This document shows, piece after piece, positions 58,111 through 58,213 of a stretch of DNA of 58,213 nucleotides. The position numbers and the translations under genes were made by a program. The notes below the pieces were generated by a model, which did not search any database, was not told the origin of the DNA, and saw nothing but the letters and a program-made list of their open reading frames with translations. Source of the stretch: Acidobacteriota bacterium. Lineage in GTDB: Bacteria; Bacteroidota; Ignavibacteria; Ignavibacteriales; SURF-24. The stretch lies in assembly GCA_050258415.1 (NCBI GenBank), contig JBLMYS010000126.1:1-58213 (forward strand). The letters are read 5' to 3'. How positions within the stretch are numbered: position 1 is the first letter of the stretch; every line of letters starts with the position of its first letter.

Positions 58111-58213
58111 ATGAAAATACTTTTCAGCTACATCATTCTTTTTTTTGTGTTATTACAGCACTCCGCTTATAGTCAAAATATCGACATTACTAAATGGGTA
58201 AACTGGAATAAAT
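58111..58213 (+). CDS. 5' end of a secreted protein gene (runs off the right edge)
   Basis: An ATG at 58111 opens MKILFSYIILFFVLLQHSAYSQNIDITKWVNWNK, which looks like a signal peptide. The frame is open to the end of the window. Confidence 0.45.
   Translation, partial: MKILFSYIILFFVLLQHSAYSQNIDITKWVNWNK

Noticed and set aside
48386-58213. I looked on both strands for an integrase, transposase, excisionase or phage genes that would make the tRNA-linked region an active island or prophage.
   Set aside because: No ORF shows tyrosine- or serine-recombinase or DDE hallmarks, and all sizeable ORFs are accounted for. The region is therefore reported only as a degenerate accretion site, not as an active mobile element.

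Overview
This is a 58.2-kb chromosomal window. Gene content suggests an FCB-superphylum bacterium of Ignavibacteria/Bacteroidota type: T9SS C-terminal sorting domains, a multi-permease MacB-type efflux operon and lipobox lipoproteins. The taxon is inference only.

Positions 1-48.3 kb look like ordinary core genome:
- Two outer-membrane protein genes.
- A TolC/MacA/MacB operon with one ATPase and four FtsX permeases.
- A CCA-adding-type enzyme, murA, and a Ser/Thr kinase fused to a BNR propeller.
- etfBA, ackA, hbd, recQ, a rhomboid protease, pgk, gap, a Crp/Fnr regulator and ribH.
- An ABC-F ATPase, a ROK kinase, rsmA, ubiE and rdgB.

The last ~10 kb is accessory. tRNA-Ser(GCT) lies at 48293-48385. 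Its 3' end is reiterated three more times (about 50.8, 53.96 and 55.3 kb), the first two copies together with its terminator. These copies delimit three tandem islets, and no integrase or transposase is present.

Islet cargo:
- A frameshifted DUF4160 gene plus a DUF2442 gene.
- Two T9SS-secreted proteins (a BNR propeller and an M28 peptidase). Their 3' ends and 3' flanks form a ~300-bp direct repeat.
- A single-gene cassette (54286-55146) encoding a 286-aa cytoplasmic, beta-rich protein with a charged tail. I read it as gasdermin-like, with no partner protease in cis. This is the best candidate for something new.

Other unexplained structure:
- A 161-bp palindromic element built from AAAAATT heptamers between convergent genes. 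It supplies the stop codon of the ROK gene and has a half copy next to the tRNA.
- A ~110-bp palindrome-containing module repeated upstream of two secreted-protein genes.
- A cluster of TTTGATATT motifs at the right island border.

All family assignments come from motif recognition by eye. No searches were run.
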